A stretch of DNA of 64,000 bases from Podarcis vaucheri (lineage: Eukaryota). The stretch is taken from NCBI GenBank assembly GCA_965113315.1, contig OZ220372.1. One strand, given 5' to 3'. Positions 38,306 to 52,816 of the stretch are shown one piece after another. Position numbers and translations under genes: made by a program. The number at the start of each line of letters is the position of its first letter. The stretch's first letter is position 1. The notes under the pieces are model-generated. The model did not search any database. It was not told the origin of the DNA and saw only the letters and a program-made list of their open reading frames with translations.

Positions 38306-38415
38306 TCAGGACCCATTCAGGAGGAGCAGTCTCTTTCCAGTACAGTCCTTGGTATGGCTAAATTCCATTGTCCCTTTTTCAGCAGTCAAAAATCCATGAT
38401 AAATTCTGTATAACA
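38306..38415 (-). CDS. KCNC2: KCNC2 distal terminal exon, VLYRIYH-type C-terminus
   Basis: After acceptor ...tgttattggctacag, phase 1 gives VLYRIYHGFLTAEKGTMEFSHTKDCTGKRLLLLNGS* (TGA 38308-38306, followed by TAA), matching the mammalian VLYRIYHGFL... Kv3.2 isoform. Confidence 0.9.
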
Positions 38416-39506
38416 CTGTAGCCAATAACAGCAGCACCAGATATTAATTCCTTTGCTAGAAGCTGTTTGCATATTAAGTATATACATTACATTAATCTAT
38501 ATCTGCCAGCGCTCTTTACCAAAACTAAATCAATGTACATCTCTATGTATCAGAAAGGTAAGTACTGATAAATACATTCTTGTACAAGAAATTTTCACAT
38601 GCAGTTCATGCTAGGCTATATACAGAATATTATGTTACATGGTCAAATAGACTTCTTTTCCTAACAAAAATAAACATACAAAAATCAGGGATTTTTCAAC
38701 AATCTCAAGGATTTCTTATGACACTGTTTGATTTTCTTTCTCTCCCTCCCCCCCCCCCCTTATATTTCTAAGGCTTTTACGTTGCTGGGTGTTTTCCTCA
38801 CCAGCCCAAAACGTCGTAGTTGCGACTGCATTCATGATGCTGCATAAACAAGGCTGTCTTGTTTTATTGTAAAGAAAAAGCTGATGTAGGGGTAAAGTCT
38901 CAACACAAGAATGAATGCAGATTGCTAAGGGTGTGGGATTGAAGCAGGAACCCTATTGAAATGGCAGAACTGTTGCTAAATCCCACACTGGGGGGAAATG
39001 TCAAAGAAGTGCTCACTAAAAGGATATCAGCTTACACTTGAGATATGCATAGATACATATATCAAAAAGTGGGGGGAAGAAGGAAATGCATTTAGCAGCT
39101 AATCTTATATGAAGGGAGCATTTTTGGAAAAGGCAACTGTGCTTTATGGAGACAGATGAAAAATACAGTCAGACAGTCAGCCAGACAGACAAACAGAAAC
39201 AACATATAAGACAAAGCATCTTTAAAAAAAAAATATGACAGAAACAAAATTGTGAAAGCTTGGGAGTTAGAGGTTTAAGGCTGGTCAAAAAACCCTTTTG
39301 AAAACTATTGCCCTCCTAATACCTATAGCAAAAAAAATTAAGACTCCAGTATACTTCTTGCTTTTACATGGCACTCAGCCTCTGAAAATGTTGAAGAACC
39401 CTGCAGAAGAGAAATCACTATAGGGCCAAGCAGAACTTGCTATCTTAAAATTGCAAGCCTGGATGGTGTTTACCTTTCTTTCATGTTTTGTGCCTTCCCC
39501 AAGCCA

Positions 39507-39568
39507 TTAAGAAAGAGATCTGGCTTCTGCTTGCGTGTAACCAGTAATGACAACCTCTTTGCAGTTAT
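39507..39568 (-). CDS. KCNC2: KCNC2 alternative exon, Kv3.2a-type C-terminus (exon probably 39568-39474 including 33 nt of UTR)
   Basis: After acceptor ...ttgtttgcacacag, phase 1 gives DNCKEVVITGYTQAEARSLS* (TAA 39509-39507). Downstream donor AAG|gtaaac at 39473. Confidence 0.93.
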
Positions 39569-40299
39569 CTGTGTGCAAACAACCGAAAACATTCAGAACT
39601 CTGATACATCAGTCCAGTACCAAAATTAATCAATCAAGAAATAGACATTATTGGGGGGAAAGTTATAAATAAATAAAAAGAACTAAAAAGCAGCACAATA
39701 AAAACAGCCCAATCCCACATGCGGACCTGTTGGTCATGGTGGTTTTTTTTCTGATTTCAGCAAGATGGTACAATGAATAAAACAACAAACCCACACAATC
39801 CAGAGCCATCTGTGGTCTTGGTTAGTCTGCAAGACGGATTTCAAGTGATGGAGACAGTATGGTCCATGCAAATGATCAGACTGAAGTCACATTCTATGCA
39901 ATCAAGACAAGATTCCAGACATCTTCGAGATGGGTTAGAGTCACAAGAAATGGTCCAATGGAATGGTTATCAATTGGAAGCACATTGGTTTTACTGTATC
40001 TCCCTGAAAATATGCTTATTTATTTGTACTGGCCAGTGAAGTCCACTAACTGTCCTTTTATTGCTGTGGTAAGATAGGACAAAATCAGGTACAAGGTGAG
40101 AGGGGAATCTACTTTAGAGGATCTTATAAGCAAAATTGGGGTCTTCAGCTACCCAAGTGGCATTGCTTGCTGCTGACAGTTATATCGCACAAGATTTATA
40201 CTTGTATTAGTGGAAACCACAGCTAATGCTACACTTATTTCCATTAGGTGATAAACAGCACTTCAGTTAAAGCTATGCAGCCAGCTGATGCCATCTGGT

Positions 40300-40470
<171 letters not shown>

Positions 40471-41862
40471 TCAGCCAGAAAGTAGACAAACAATACAATG
40501 CAATGTAATCGTTCTTGCTCATTGGGTTCTAAGAGAGTAGGGTGCTAAGACTCTTTACAACAACAGAGAAAAACATAAAATGGTGCTATTCTTACTAATG
40601 ACATTAAATGAATTCAGACCAACTACATACTTAATTTTGTTAAGGCCAATGAACTGGCGGTGTATACTTAGTACAAGCCCAGTGGTTTCAGTAGAACTGC
40701 AATGATAGCACATAGAGAATGTTGTAGTACAATTCAGGGTGATAAGCAAGACAGATGAAGAAAGCATTTGATATATACAGGTATATAGATATTTGGTGTC
40801 AATGCCAGTTCTTAATATTTTAAACCACAATCATTTCTTACCTAATTTTATGAAGTTATTTTGCAATCATAAATGCAGAGGAATAAATTATGTATTGTTA
40901 AAAAAGCTCCATCTCCAGAAGCACTTTGATTTAGCATCTGACGCTCTGTCTAATACTATTTAAAGTGTGTCTTGTTTGCAATATTTAACTGATTTGCAAT
41001 TCATTAAAATGTGTTATTTATATGTAGGTTTTTAGTGATCTGTGCAGTACATACTATTTGCAATCCAACCGATATTATAGGAACAAAGCATGACTTCTTT
41101 TAAGCCTAAAATAACCAGAATTTACATATTATAGAACAACATTCACCACTAGCGTAGAATTCTGCACCCCCAGACATTTTCATTTCACAGATACTGTACT
41201 GTGAAAGTGCTTACTTTTAAAGCAAGATATGGGTGCTTTATTTAAGCAACAGAACAGCATTACTATTTAATGTCACAGAGTGTTGTGCATGGAAAGAGAA
41301 CCACTGTTCTTACAGCACACTGAAAAACCAAAATTATGTATTGGCCTTAATCTAAACAAGTTTACCTGAGAGTGAAGTCCCATTTATCTTCATGGGGCTT
41401 CCCCATACACACAAATCTCTGCTTGACAGAAAAGAGATAGAAGCACATCTTGTTTAGGCTAGTCGTTCTCAAATGGGGGAGCCAACCCCATGTGGAAAGA
41501 CATCCACAATTTAAGCACACAATTGCTGCAACCACCACCAGTGTTTCCCAAAACAAATACAAGAAAGATGACTGATAAAGCTATATTTTTTAAAACTCAT
41601 GTATACACAGCTGGCCTGATTGGACTGAAACTCAATAATGCATGTATGCCGTTGTTTCAATAGGCAAATATGCCATTGACCTTTCCATAGCTTGCCATGG
41701 GAAACAATTATTTAACACTGGCCTACCTGCAGCAATATTGTGCTGGGTAATTGGGTTCACCTTTAGCCTATTAGCCTTTGGCATCAAAGCCTCACGTTTC
41801 TATGTCAATGTTTTCCAAAATACTAAGTGTATTGCACATCAGGGCTCTGGCATTTAGAACTA

Positions 41863-42187
41863 CAGTGGTATCTTGGTTCTCAAACTTAATCCATTCCAGG
41901 AGTCTGTTCGACTCCCCAAACCGTTCAAAAACTAAGGCGCAGCTTCCAATTGGCTGCAGGAGTTTCCTGCATTCAAGCGGAAGCTGTGTCAGAAGTTTGG
42001 CTTCCGAAAAACGTTTGCAAACTGGTTTTAGAGGCCATGTTAAGGACTCCCAGACTTCTGGTTTTGGGGGATTTCAACATCCAAGCCAAGGCGACTGACT
42101 CTGGGGTGGATCGGGACTTCCAGATTTGCGGCATGCGGGAGCCAATTTGTTCAGGAACCAAGCAATTAGAGTGCCAAGGTACCACTG
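41863..42187. mobile_element. Tc1/mariner MITE (family 3-related) carrying a 90-nt L2 fragment
   Basis: TIR CAGTGGTA(T/C)CTTGG / CCAAGGTACCACTG, TA TSD. The interior matches family 3 except for the insert at 42026-42115. Confidence 0.8.
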
Positions 42188-42604
42188 TACAATACATTCT
42201 TAACTGAACCAACCTTCTAAAATATTACTAAATTAAACTAGTAAGTCCTTAACTGGAATTTAAAATATCCCAAAGCAATTTCTAAAGAACTGTTATGAAA
42301 GTGATTTAATGAACATGACCTAAATTAAATTTATCTATGCACAGGACAGACAAATGAAACCATGAATGATACACCTATCAGAAACAACACGGACATATCT
42401 TTGGATGGATTGATGAGCCAAGACCGTTATTTAAGAGGAAGCAAGAAAGGGACAACTGAAGAAGAGGTAGAAGAAGAAGAAATGCATTAGTCTGCATACA
42501 ATGTTTCCTATATAGCATTTGTTCGCATCTCCTTCATTCCAGGTTTGCTTAGTCAGAAGAACAGTGCTGGATGAACTTTTATAGTCTAATGAAAGAGTCC
42601 ATAC

Positions 42605-42772
42605 CTTTCCTGATCCCTCCATCAGTAGCACACGCGTAATCACCTGCTGTCAGTAGGAAACATGTTCCCCCTCTTCTGTTTTTGTCTCTGGTACTAGAGC
42701 GTCTGATTGGTGGGAGCCTTTCCACAGGTGACAGTGGCTGCTCACTTTCTGTACTGTCTTCACCTGATAACA
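42605..42772 (-). CDS. KCNC2: KCNC2 internal C-terminal exon (168 nt, phase 1-1)
   Basis: (V)[55 protein letters not shown] matches the Kv3.2 C-terminus, including the RRSS PKA site. Acceptor ttaaccag (AG 42774-42773); donor AAG|gtatgg (GT 42604-42603). Confidence 0.95.
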
Positions 42773-42887
42773 CTGGTTAAAGCACCATGCCCATTTACAT
42801 AATATAGCCAGAGAGGAAACGAAACATCACAAACAACTTGCCTGACAACCTGTTACTTAAGTTAATATTTATTTATTTATTTATTTA

Positions 42888-42925
<38 letters not shown>

Positions 42926-43480
42926 ACTATTTCTTGAATTGGGGGATGGGGAGAGATGGCCCTTCATGGTCATTCATTAATATAGAAATAGAACAAAGTT
43001 GCACATCTGTATTATTTGGTTACGGGAAAAAATATTTTGATGTTGATTTTTGGCTTTTTAAACGGTTGCCATCTTCAACATTCTACTCATTGCTTCAGTG
43101 TCTTCAGTACTTAAAAACAAGTCAGATTTTGCTGCCAAATAATAATAGTAAGTACTAAATCTTGAAATACAGATGGCACACTCATATCCACTACTAAAAT
43201 AAATTCGCATATAACCATAGAATAGCTTATTCGGATCTACTGCTAACTAATATATGGGCACTTACACAAGAGTAAGAGACCGTGCTTGAGTCATGACTTC
43301 ACATTAGGCAAGCCCAACTTGAACGCAGTTGACAAACCATGTCCTATGGCCTGCTAAAAGCTCAATAAACCTCTTTTCTTCTGTCTTCCTGGGACTGTTT
43401 TGCAAACCACAGTACGCAGCTTGCTGGGTCACAAGTCATGCAGGTTTGCTGAACATTATTATATGAGTATCACATGACTA

Positions 43481-43838
43481 CTGGGACGCAGGTGGCGCTG
43501 TGGGTAAAACCTCAGTGCCTAGGGCTCGCCGATCGCATGATCGGCGGTTCAAATCCCCGCGGCGGGGTGAGCTCCCGTCTTTCGGTCCCAGCTCCTGCCC
43601 ACCTAGCAGTTCAATAGCACTCCTAGGTGCAAGTAGATAAATAGGTACCGCTTTCTAGCGGGAAGGTAAACGGCATTTCCGTGTGGTGCGCTGGTGCTGG
43701 CTCGCCAGAGCAGCTTCGTCACGCTGGCCACGTGACCCGGAAGTGTCTTCGGACAGCGCTGGCCCCCACCCATGAGATGGGTGCACAACCCTAGAGTCGG
43801 ACACGACTGGCCTGTACGGGCAGGGGTACCTTTACCTT
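43481..43838 (+). mobile_element. Sauria SINE
   Basis: Same head and body, (TACCTT)n tail, 13-bp TSD TATCACATGACTA. Confidence 0.9.
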
Positions 43839-45609
43839 TATCACATGACTAAGTGGTCCTTCACTAAGAAGCACACAGGGTGCCATGTTGAGTTAAGGGT
43901 AAAGACAATGGCTCTCCCTTCCACATGGCACCAAGTTTAGGGAGGAATCTTCTTGCTTCTCTAACAGTGCGCGCGCACACAGAGGTAGGCATGGATCAGT
44001 CTGTCAATTGTGGGTTCTCTCGGTTTCTCCTTTTTCCCGTTTTAAAGTTCTCCACATTTCTGCAGCCATTTGCATTTTTAAAAAACAAAATCCTCATGGA
44101 AATTCATCAGCATTTTAGCACACATTTCTACTAAAATGCACAAAATACTGCTTTGACCAAAGTGCAATTTTTTTGCAAGCAGATTCCCCTTATATAATGC
44201 ATTTAGGTATGCTGTTTTATGTGTGCAATTTTATGCACAATTCCCCCTAATAAAAGCATGCTTGTACATTGTTTGGTAGGAGAACTGAGCTGCAAAAGTG
44301 GGAGAGGTGTGAGTGAGTGAGTCAGTGATTGATTGATTGATTGATTGATTGTCTGACTACTAAATTTATATCCCACTTTTCCTTCAAGGAGCTCAATATG
44401 GCATACATGCTTCCCACCCACCCCTCTGTTTTACCCTCACAATAGCCCTGTGAAGCAGAGAGGCAGTGACTGACTTCATGGCTGACTGGGGATTTTAACC
44501 CTGGCCTCTTCCAGGTCTTAGCCCGCCACTACACCACACTGAATATTTGGAAGGGTAATTGTGCTTTGGGCTGTGTATTGGTTTGAGAGCGTATTGGTTT
44601 GAAGGTGATCTGAAGAGCCCTAATCCCTTCATGTGGTCTGGCTGGCTGCAGCCTAGGCAAGGATTAGCAAACCAAACATGGTGTGTTTTACTTTCCCTTC
44701 AGTTACACTCATGGTGCCTAGGCACATCCCTGTGTCCGTCTTAAAAGCTAACTGTGGCAATACCTAATAAAGCTTGGGGAGAGGGAAGTAAAAGTCCCTG
44801 CTGTAGAGCAGTTAATAGTTATTAAAATGCCTAATCCCTCTTTAAACATCTGCAGTTTTTGATTAATAGGCTCTTTTATCATGATAATAGGGCTTTTAAT
44901 ATTTCAGAACAGTGATCTATTTTATTACTTTGAAAATGCTAACCATAATGATTCTAGAATTTAAAATGGGGATGGGAAACCTGTGGCCCTCCAGACACTT
45001 CTGTCATCTGTGGCCATTAGTTATGCAAACTGGGGCTGCTGGGAATTGGTCTGTCAACATCTGGAGAGCCAGATGTTAAAGGCACTGGAAAGGGAAAAGA
45101 CACATTTTATTATCTTATTGTATATATATTTTTCCTTCTCAAGATTTCTCTTTTTATAACCTTTCCCTACTACTGCCATGTAATTGAACACTGTGGACTT
45201 CATCTTGACCTGTAAACAGAGTGGCCCTTATCACTTTGGGGGTTGTTATGGTATGTACCAATCAAGCACAGCATAGTCCAACCACTGTATCTAATCTCTT
45301 CCAAGATTTTTCCATACTTTCCCAAATGTTCAAATTTAGTATCCCCACCCCAAACCCCAGGGAAACCCCCAGTATAAACACTTTTGATTCATGATCTCCA
45401 AGGGAGTTTAAAATTAGCTGTGATAGCTGTGGAGTCATAAGAGCACCTATTTTCATTGATATCCTTAAAAGACAAATCACTGGGACCATAAATCCAGAAA
45501 GCAGCAGTTTTCTCTCTCTCTACAGCTCCATTATTACTTTGATTTATTTATTTTTAGGTGGGGGGAGAAGCATTGTGAATCATTACAGTAATTGATCATT
45601 TAAACGGCT

Positions 45610-46400
45610 GGCAACCAAAATGATAAAGGAGGGTGATGCAACTCTTCTATGGAGGGTTACAATATTTGAGGATCCTTAGTTTGGAAAAAATGCAGGTAAA
45701 AAAGGGGGAAACCACAGAGATATATACAATTATGCATCCTACAGAGAAAGTGGGAAAAGATGGATTTTTCTCTGTTTCATAATACTAGAATGTGGGGCCA
45801 TCTAATGAGGCTGAATGCTGAAAGATTTGGGACAGAAAAAATGCATTTCTTCACAATGTGCATAGTTAAATTCTGGGATTCACTACCACAACCTGTAGTA
45901 ATGGCTTTACAAGGAATTAAAACAGATTAATGGAAGGTACGTCTATCAATGGCAGCCAGCCATGATGGTAACATACTATGTCCAGGGTTGGAGGCAGTAT
46001 ACATCTCAACACTAGTTACAGTCGTACCTTGGAAGTTGAACGGAATCCGTTCCGGAAGTCTGTTTGACATCCAAAACATTTGAAAACCAAATAGCAGCTT
46101 CTGATTGGCTGCAGGAGCTTCCTGCAGCCAATCAGAAGCCACGGTAGCCCCATCGGCCGTTCGGGTTCCAAAAGAACATTCCTAAACTGGAACAATCACT
46201 TCTGGGTTTGCGGCGTTCAGGAGCCAAAACATCCGAGTTCCAGGGCGTTCAGGATCGAAGGTACGACCGTACTGGGAATCACAAGGGGAACGTTTCTGCT
46301 GTGTTCATGCCCTGCTTGTGGAAATCCCATTTGCATCTGGCTGAACAGGACACTGGATTAGAAGGGCCTTTGGTCTGATCCAGGAGAAATTTTATGCTTC
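45610..46400 (+). mobile_element. CR1-type LINE 3' fragment interrupted by a MITE
   Basis: Same 3' motifs as the 11020-11422 copy, resuming after the TA-flanked MITE at 46019-46269. Confidence 0.7.
46019..46269. mobile_element. Tc1/mariner MITE family 3
   Basis: CAGTCGTACCTT ... AAGGTACGACCG, TA TSD. Confidence 0.85.
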
Positions 46401-47102
46401 TATATATTAAATATAATTATGAAAAGTCTCTAAGATTACAGCACCATGGCTGCAATGCTATACGTACTTACCTGGGAATAAGCTCCACTGAACTCAGTGG
46501 GACTTACTTCTTAGTAGGCATTTATAGAATTGCACGGTTAGTTAAAATCTTGTCCATGTTGTAACCTCTGCCTACAAGATGTGAGGTTCTAAGCATCCTA
46601 ACGGGGGAAAGCTTCAAATGAAATTTAATGGACCTCTTGCTTCTAAGTAAGAAAATTTGAGTCTAAGCTTAAATGTAATTTCATGAGCATCACCTGTTCC
46701 CTTAGGTCGGGGGGTGGGGTGTCATTCCAATCTATGAAAAAAGAAATGCTCTCCTTGAAATCTAGAGAACCCCCTTCTGTGTTACTTGTTGCACTGAATG
46801 TAGGCCCAGATTAATCATCCATGTTTAAATGAATGTTTCTTTATACCACTTCTAGTATTTCATGCCACCAGTGTGGCACAGGCAAAGCAAACAAAAGAGA
46901 CAAGCAGACAGAAGAGACAAACACCACGCAAAACGCCATGAAGTTCAACAAAATGGAGGCATAGCTGTACAGGAATAGGCATGCAGGAAACAAAACAAAA
47001 CATTGTACAGTGCAACAGGCAAAAGAAACAGTAGATGCCGCCAGTAAAACAAAAGAATTATGAAGAAATAAGGAAAATTAAAGGTAGCTCAGCATTCACA
47101 AT

Positions 47103-47264
47103 CAGTGCTTTTTTTTGAAATAAATAAATAAATAAAAATGAGGTGTTGGTACTTCGATCTTGATAAAAGTGCTGGGGGTGCCAGCACAAAATGGCTGCTA
47201 TGGGCAGCAAAAAAAGGGGGTGATTGTACTCGGTACCATTGAGTACTGTCACAAAAAAGCACTG
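47103..47264. mobile_element. hAT-type MITE in the KCNC2 intron
   Basis: TIR CAGTGCTTTTTT / AAAAAAGCACTG; TSD TTCACAAT / TTCACGAA (6/8). Confidence 0.7.
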
Positions 47265-47408
47265 TTCACGAAACACCTAGCGAACACTACAGATCAGCAA
47301 TGCACAGATCTGGGAACATCATTCTTATGCTGTAACTATTTTGCCACCTACAAGACTGACATATACAAACAGTGAGTGAAGGGAGAGGTGTGTCAACTAC
47401 CTCCTCTA

Positions 47409-48455
<1,047 letters not shown>

Positions 48456-49993
48456 TTAAAAAAAACACCAACATAATGAGAAGTATCATATAGCTTAACT
48501 TATAGCACGCTTGAGTGCAAAGACTCCCCATGGGGTTGCTTCCAATAAGATTGATATCAAGAATTCACCTGCTGATCTCCCCAGCTGGAACTACAAAACA
48601 AGCATGGTGGGTAATGATCTGGACAAAAATACTTTTTGGAAGTAGCTTTTATTGAGTAACTATAGTCAAGGCTTAAATTAAGCCAGAAGTACCGACTCCA
48701 TTCATAAACTCACTAGGAAGTAACTGAAAATTATTGCCAATGTCAAGGCTCGTCCATATTATGTCTAGTTTGCACAGTGTCCCCACACACACCCTCCATA
48801 TATGGGATTAGAAGAAATAACTTCTGGGACAGAGGATGTGACAACTATTAGTCATAATTGATAAGCAAAATGAAGGTTCCTGAATAAAATGTAACATTGT
48901 TTATGCAAATCCTCTGGATTGTGTTCATTTTGGCTCTTGTGTATGCAGTATAGAGTCCTTACAAGGTTTCCAGAATGGTCTAATGAAGCATCAGTAAGGA
49001 AAGTTGCTGTTTTGGCTTCATCTTCTCAGAAAAAAATATATTAAAACCTTTTTAGTGAACTAAAACATTTCCTTATTAAGTACACATCTAGCATTCCTGC
49101 AACAGAGATGGCAGCTAAGAAACATGTTGTAATACCACTGATGAATATCATGTGCTCAGCTTCTACCACATACCTTAGCCAGCATTGATTTTATGAACTT
49201 CAGGATGCTATGAACTGCCTGAAGGGCTTAATTACAGATGGCAATTAGACCAAAGGCCTATCTAGTCCAGTATATAGCTGCCACAGCTGCCAAGCAGATG
49301 TCAATACACAGGATGTCAGCAATCAAATATTATTTCTAAAGTATCCTGAAGGCTCATGTTTCTTTATAATGTGCATATAACACTCTGGAGAACTCTAGTA
49401 AATGTAGAGATGTCCTGAATTTGAATGATGCATGTTGGTGAGAATTCTCAGCAGACTTCAGGTACGATGCTAAGCCTTTCATTCCTTACTACTTTTTCAC
49501 TGAAGCTGTGTATTTCTTCACACACTGCACATCTGCTGTGACAGTGGGTGGCAGTGCTCACTTGGCCTCCTACATCACCTCAGGGCATGAAAATGTCCTT
49601 AATCCCTAATTAAATAAAGATGTGTAGGGCAATATCCAGTGAAATAGTGCCAGAACAAGGATTTCCACTGTACAAAGGAACATCCCTTGCCTTCCCTTCC
49701 CCTGTGCATCTGCTACAGAGGTTTGGGAGAAAACCCATCACAGATTTAGTGGTGTACAGGGAATGAAGAGCAAGAGGAAGTTGGGTTGGTTGACCCAAAG
49801 TCCTTATGCTAGTGGAACAAGTTCATAGGATACCACCCATAGACTATGTTGGGAGAGCAGAAAGTTAATTCTCCAGTGAACCCATTTGCATTGTTACCCC
49901 TCCAGGTAATATAAAAAGGAAGCACCTTGGAAGAGGCAGCTGTGTGAAGAATATTGACCTGGTTATTTATTGTAGGTTATTCCACCTTTCAGA

Positions 49994-50375
49994 GGGACGC
50001 GGGTGGCGCTGTGGTCTAAATCACTGAGCCTCTTGGGTTTGCCAATCAGAAGGTCAGCAGTTCGTATCTGCACAATGGGGTGAGCTCCTGTTTCTCTGTC
50101 CCAGCTCCTGCCAACCTAGGAGTTTGAAAGCATGCCAGTGCAAGTAGATAAATAGGTACCGCTGTGGCAGGAAAGTAAACAGCATGTCCGTGCACTCTGG
50201 TTTATGTCATGGTGTTCTGTTACGCCAGTTTAGTCATGCTGGCCACCTAACCTGGAAAGCTGTCTGTGAACAAATGCCGGCTCCCTCGGCCTGAAAGCGA
50301 GGTGAGCGCCATAAACCCATAGTCACCTTTGACTGGACTTAACCGTCCAGGAGTCATTTCCTTTTCCTTTTTACC
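49994..50375 (+). mobile_element. Sauria SINE
   Basis: Same head and body; flanking TATTCCACC repeat. Confidence 0.88.
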
Positions 50376-51495
50376 TATTCCACCCTTATATAGACAAAGT
50401 CCTAGGCTGTAAAATGTTTCCCAGAACCCGCTTCACAGAACAGATTGACGTAAACCCTTCAAAGCTCAACTGTCACCTGTACCTGGACTAAACTTCAACC
50501 TGGAAGTCAGAGACAACTATGACTTGTTCTTAATTTCAAAGACTTGGCAGATAAAGAACTATAACAATGGCAGACTATAAACTTTGTATATAATTAGATT
50601 GCACAAGAAGAAAAATAATAATATTACTATTTCTGTACAACATCTTAAAGGATGCATTTATCTCTGTTTCTTTAAATACATTTTTGACATTTCATTTTAA
50701 TTATTGCAGAATGCAGACCTAAAATTAGCTTGCTTAAGCTGTTATCACAAAGGGCACAGAGTAATAGATAATCACTATAAAATCCACAGAGCATTATTAG
50801 TAATTACATTAAAAACCCTCCCCAAAATCTGCTTAGAGCACTCCTAATTTTAACACAATCAAGTAATCACAACCATAAATCCAGGCCACACTTCATAAAT
50901 GCTTAAAATAAAAATAAAACTCCAGAGCATTTCTTCATTCCTAATTTTCACCTCAGGGTGTTTTAAAATTCAAAGCGTCTCTTAGTCCCTGCTGAACTGG
51001 GACCATTGCATTCAAGTGCTGCAAAATACTGAACTGGTCAATGCAGGAAGCTCATAAAGATCAAGTCACAATTAAGTTGCAGGAAATTAGAGCCTCACTG
51101 CTTATTAGGGAAGTCTTTTCTGTATAGTTAGCTGCTTTCTTGAATATATACTGCTGTAATCTTGACAGAACAACAGACTATAAAAGTGCATATGGAAGCA
51201 ACAATGCAACTCTTTGTAATATTGAAAGGACATCAGTGTAATCAACATTCCACATATTTTGCTGAACTAAAATGGAATCCAATGTGTATTTTAGCTCACC
51301 CAGGTGAAACTGGGCTATTAGGGGCAAAGGGGGGGGAATATGGAAACTTCCACAAATTGTAGGCTGATCCCATGGTTCCGCTAGATTCTTCTGGCATAAT
51401 GCCAATGTCACCACAATCCTGTTCACTCCTGACAGCAAAGCCAAACAACACCAAAAGAAGCGAGAGAAAATGTAAATCATCAACAGACTGTTTTT

Positions 51496-51764
51496 AGGGC
51501 AGAAGGTCAGCAGTTCGAATCCCTGCGACGGGGTGAGCTCCCGTTGCTCAGTCCCTGCTCCTGCCAACCTAGCATTCTGAAAGCACGTCAAAGTACAAGT
51601 AGATAAATAGATACCAATGGTTCGCCAGAAGCGGCTTAGTCACGCTGGCCATATGACCCGGAAACTGTACGCCGGCTCCCTCGGCCAGTAAAGCGAGATG
51701 AGCGCCGCAACCCCAGAGTTGGTCATAACTGGACCTAATGGTCGGGGTCCCTTTCTCTTTACCT
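51496..51764 (+). mobile_element. Sauria SINE (truncated)
   Basis: Body matches the other copies; lacks the 5' head and has an internal deletion. Confidence 0.85.
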
Positions 51765-52816
51765 ATTCCCCACACCGAGGCACAGAGGACTCCTAACAAC
51801 TCTCAGCACCCTTAATGAGCTACAGTTCCCAGTTCCCATGGCCTAAGCCATGAATTTAGCATCATATGATACTCCTTTAAGAGTACAGAACAAACGAGGC
51901 ATATATCTGTTGCCCTTGCAAAAGAAATTCAAAGGAGCTCAGTATATCACTATCACCATCACCATCAAAGTGACTGCACTTCCTGTTCCACAGTCTACCA
52001 AGTGACATCCTGAGAACAGAAGGAAGAAAGGAAGGCCATAGGGATGAGATGTTCCTAATTTTGGTAACAGAACGGTCGATAACCTTGCAATCTTATCCAA
52101 ACCAAGCTACATTCTTGGCATGCATATATGGGATAGGAAGGGAGGAAGGACAACACAGTTTCTTACTAGAAGCAAATATACACATTATGTTTGTAAGCCC
52201 TTCATTCTGGCATCACAAAAGCACTAATATTTTATTGGACTTTCCTAATTTATGGTTTTTCTGTTTATTGTAGTTTTTTATTGTACTGTGAACTGCTTTG
52301 GTATCCTCTGAATGAAACCTGGTATACAAATGATTTCAATAAATAAGCAATCACAATTATGTGCTGTTGTTTAAGCACGTTACATGTGTCTTTTTCCTGG
52401 TTCCCTCCCACCCCCTTATGGACAAGCAACCTTGGAGGCTGATATCAGGAGTGGAAGTACAGCAGGAAAAACTGCATCCTCAGCCCCACCCCACCCCCCA
52501 AAAAAACCTAACCAAAGGTGTTTTTCTCCTGTGGGTGGAAAAGTGATGGCAATTCCATTTCTCTTCCCCATGGGTGTGAAAGCAGCTCTGGGTACGTGCT
52601 AATGAACACAAAAGGGCAGAAAAGAAAGGTGTAAGGGTTAAGCAAGCCCATCCCTCTTGCACACTTAATTACAGCCTCTGAGAATGCTTTTCAGCTATTT
52701 AAAAGCACACACACACACACACTAGGGGAAAGAGGCATGAGTGGCTTTTGAAGTAAGCATAGCCAGCTTGGGGGGGGGGTGACAGCTCAATTTCAAACTG
52801 CTCCTGGAAGTCAACA

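Noticed and set aside
40668-40696. Possible extra phase-1 terminal exon (ttgcag|...VLLKPLGLY*)
   Set aside because: Only a plausible AG; the peptide is not recognised. I also could not find an equivalent of the rodent ASTLEPMES-type tail.
42579-42604. Read-through tail GMDSFIRL* after the 168-nt exon
   Set aside because: Starts at a canonical GT donor; no supporting homology.
43486-43500. CTCF-like CGCAGGTGGCGC
   Set aside because: Part of the Sauria SINE head; an incomplete match with no independent evidence.
46439-46455. REST/NRSE-like CAGCACCATGG (also TTCAGCACTG near 8125)
   Set aside because: The right half GGACAG is missing, and the site abuts an old palindromic repeat.
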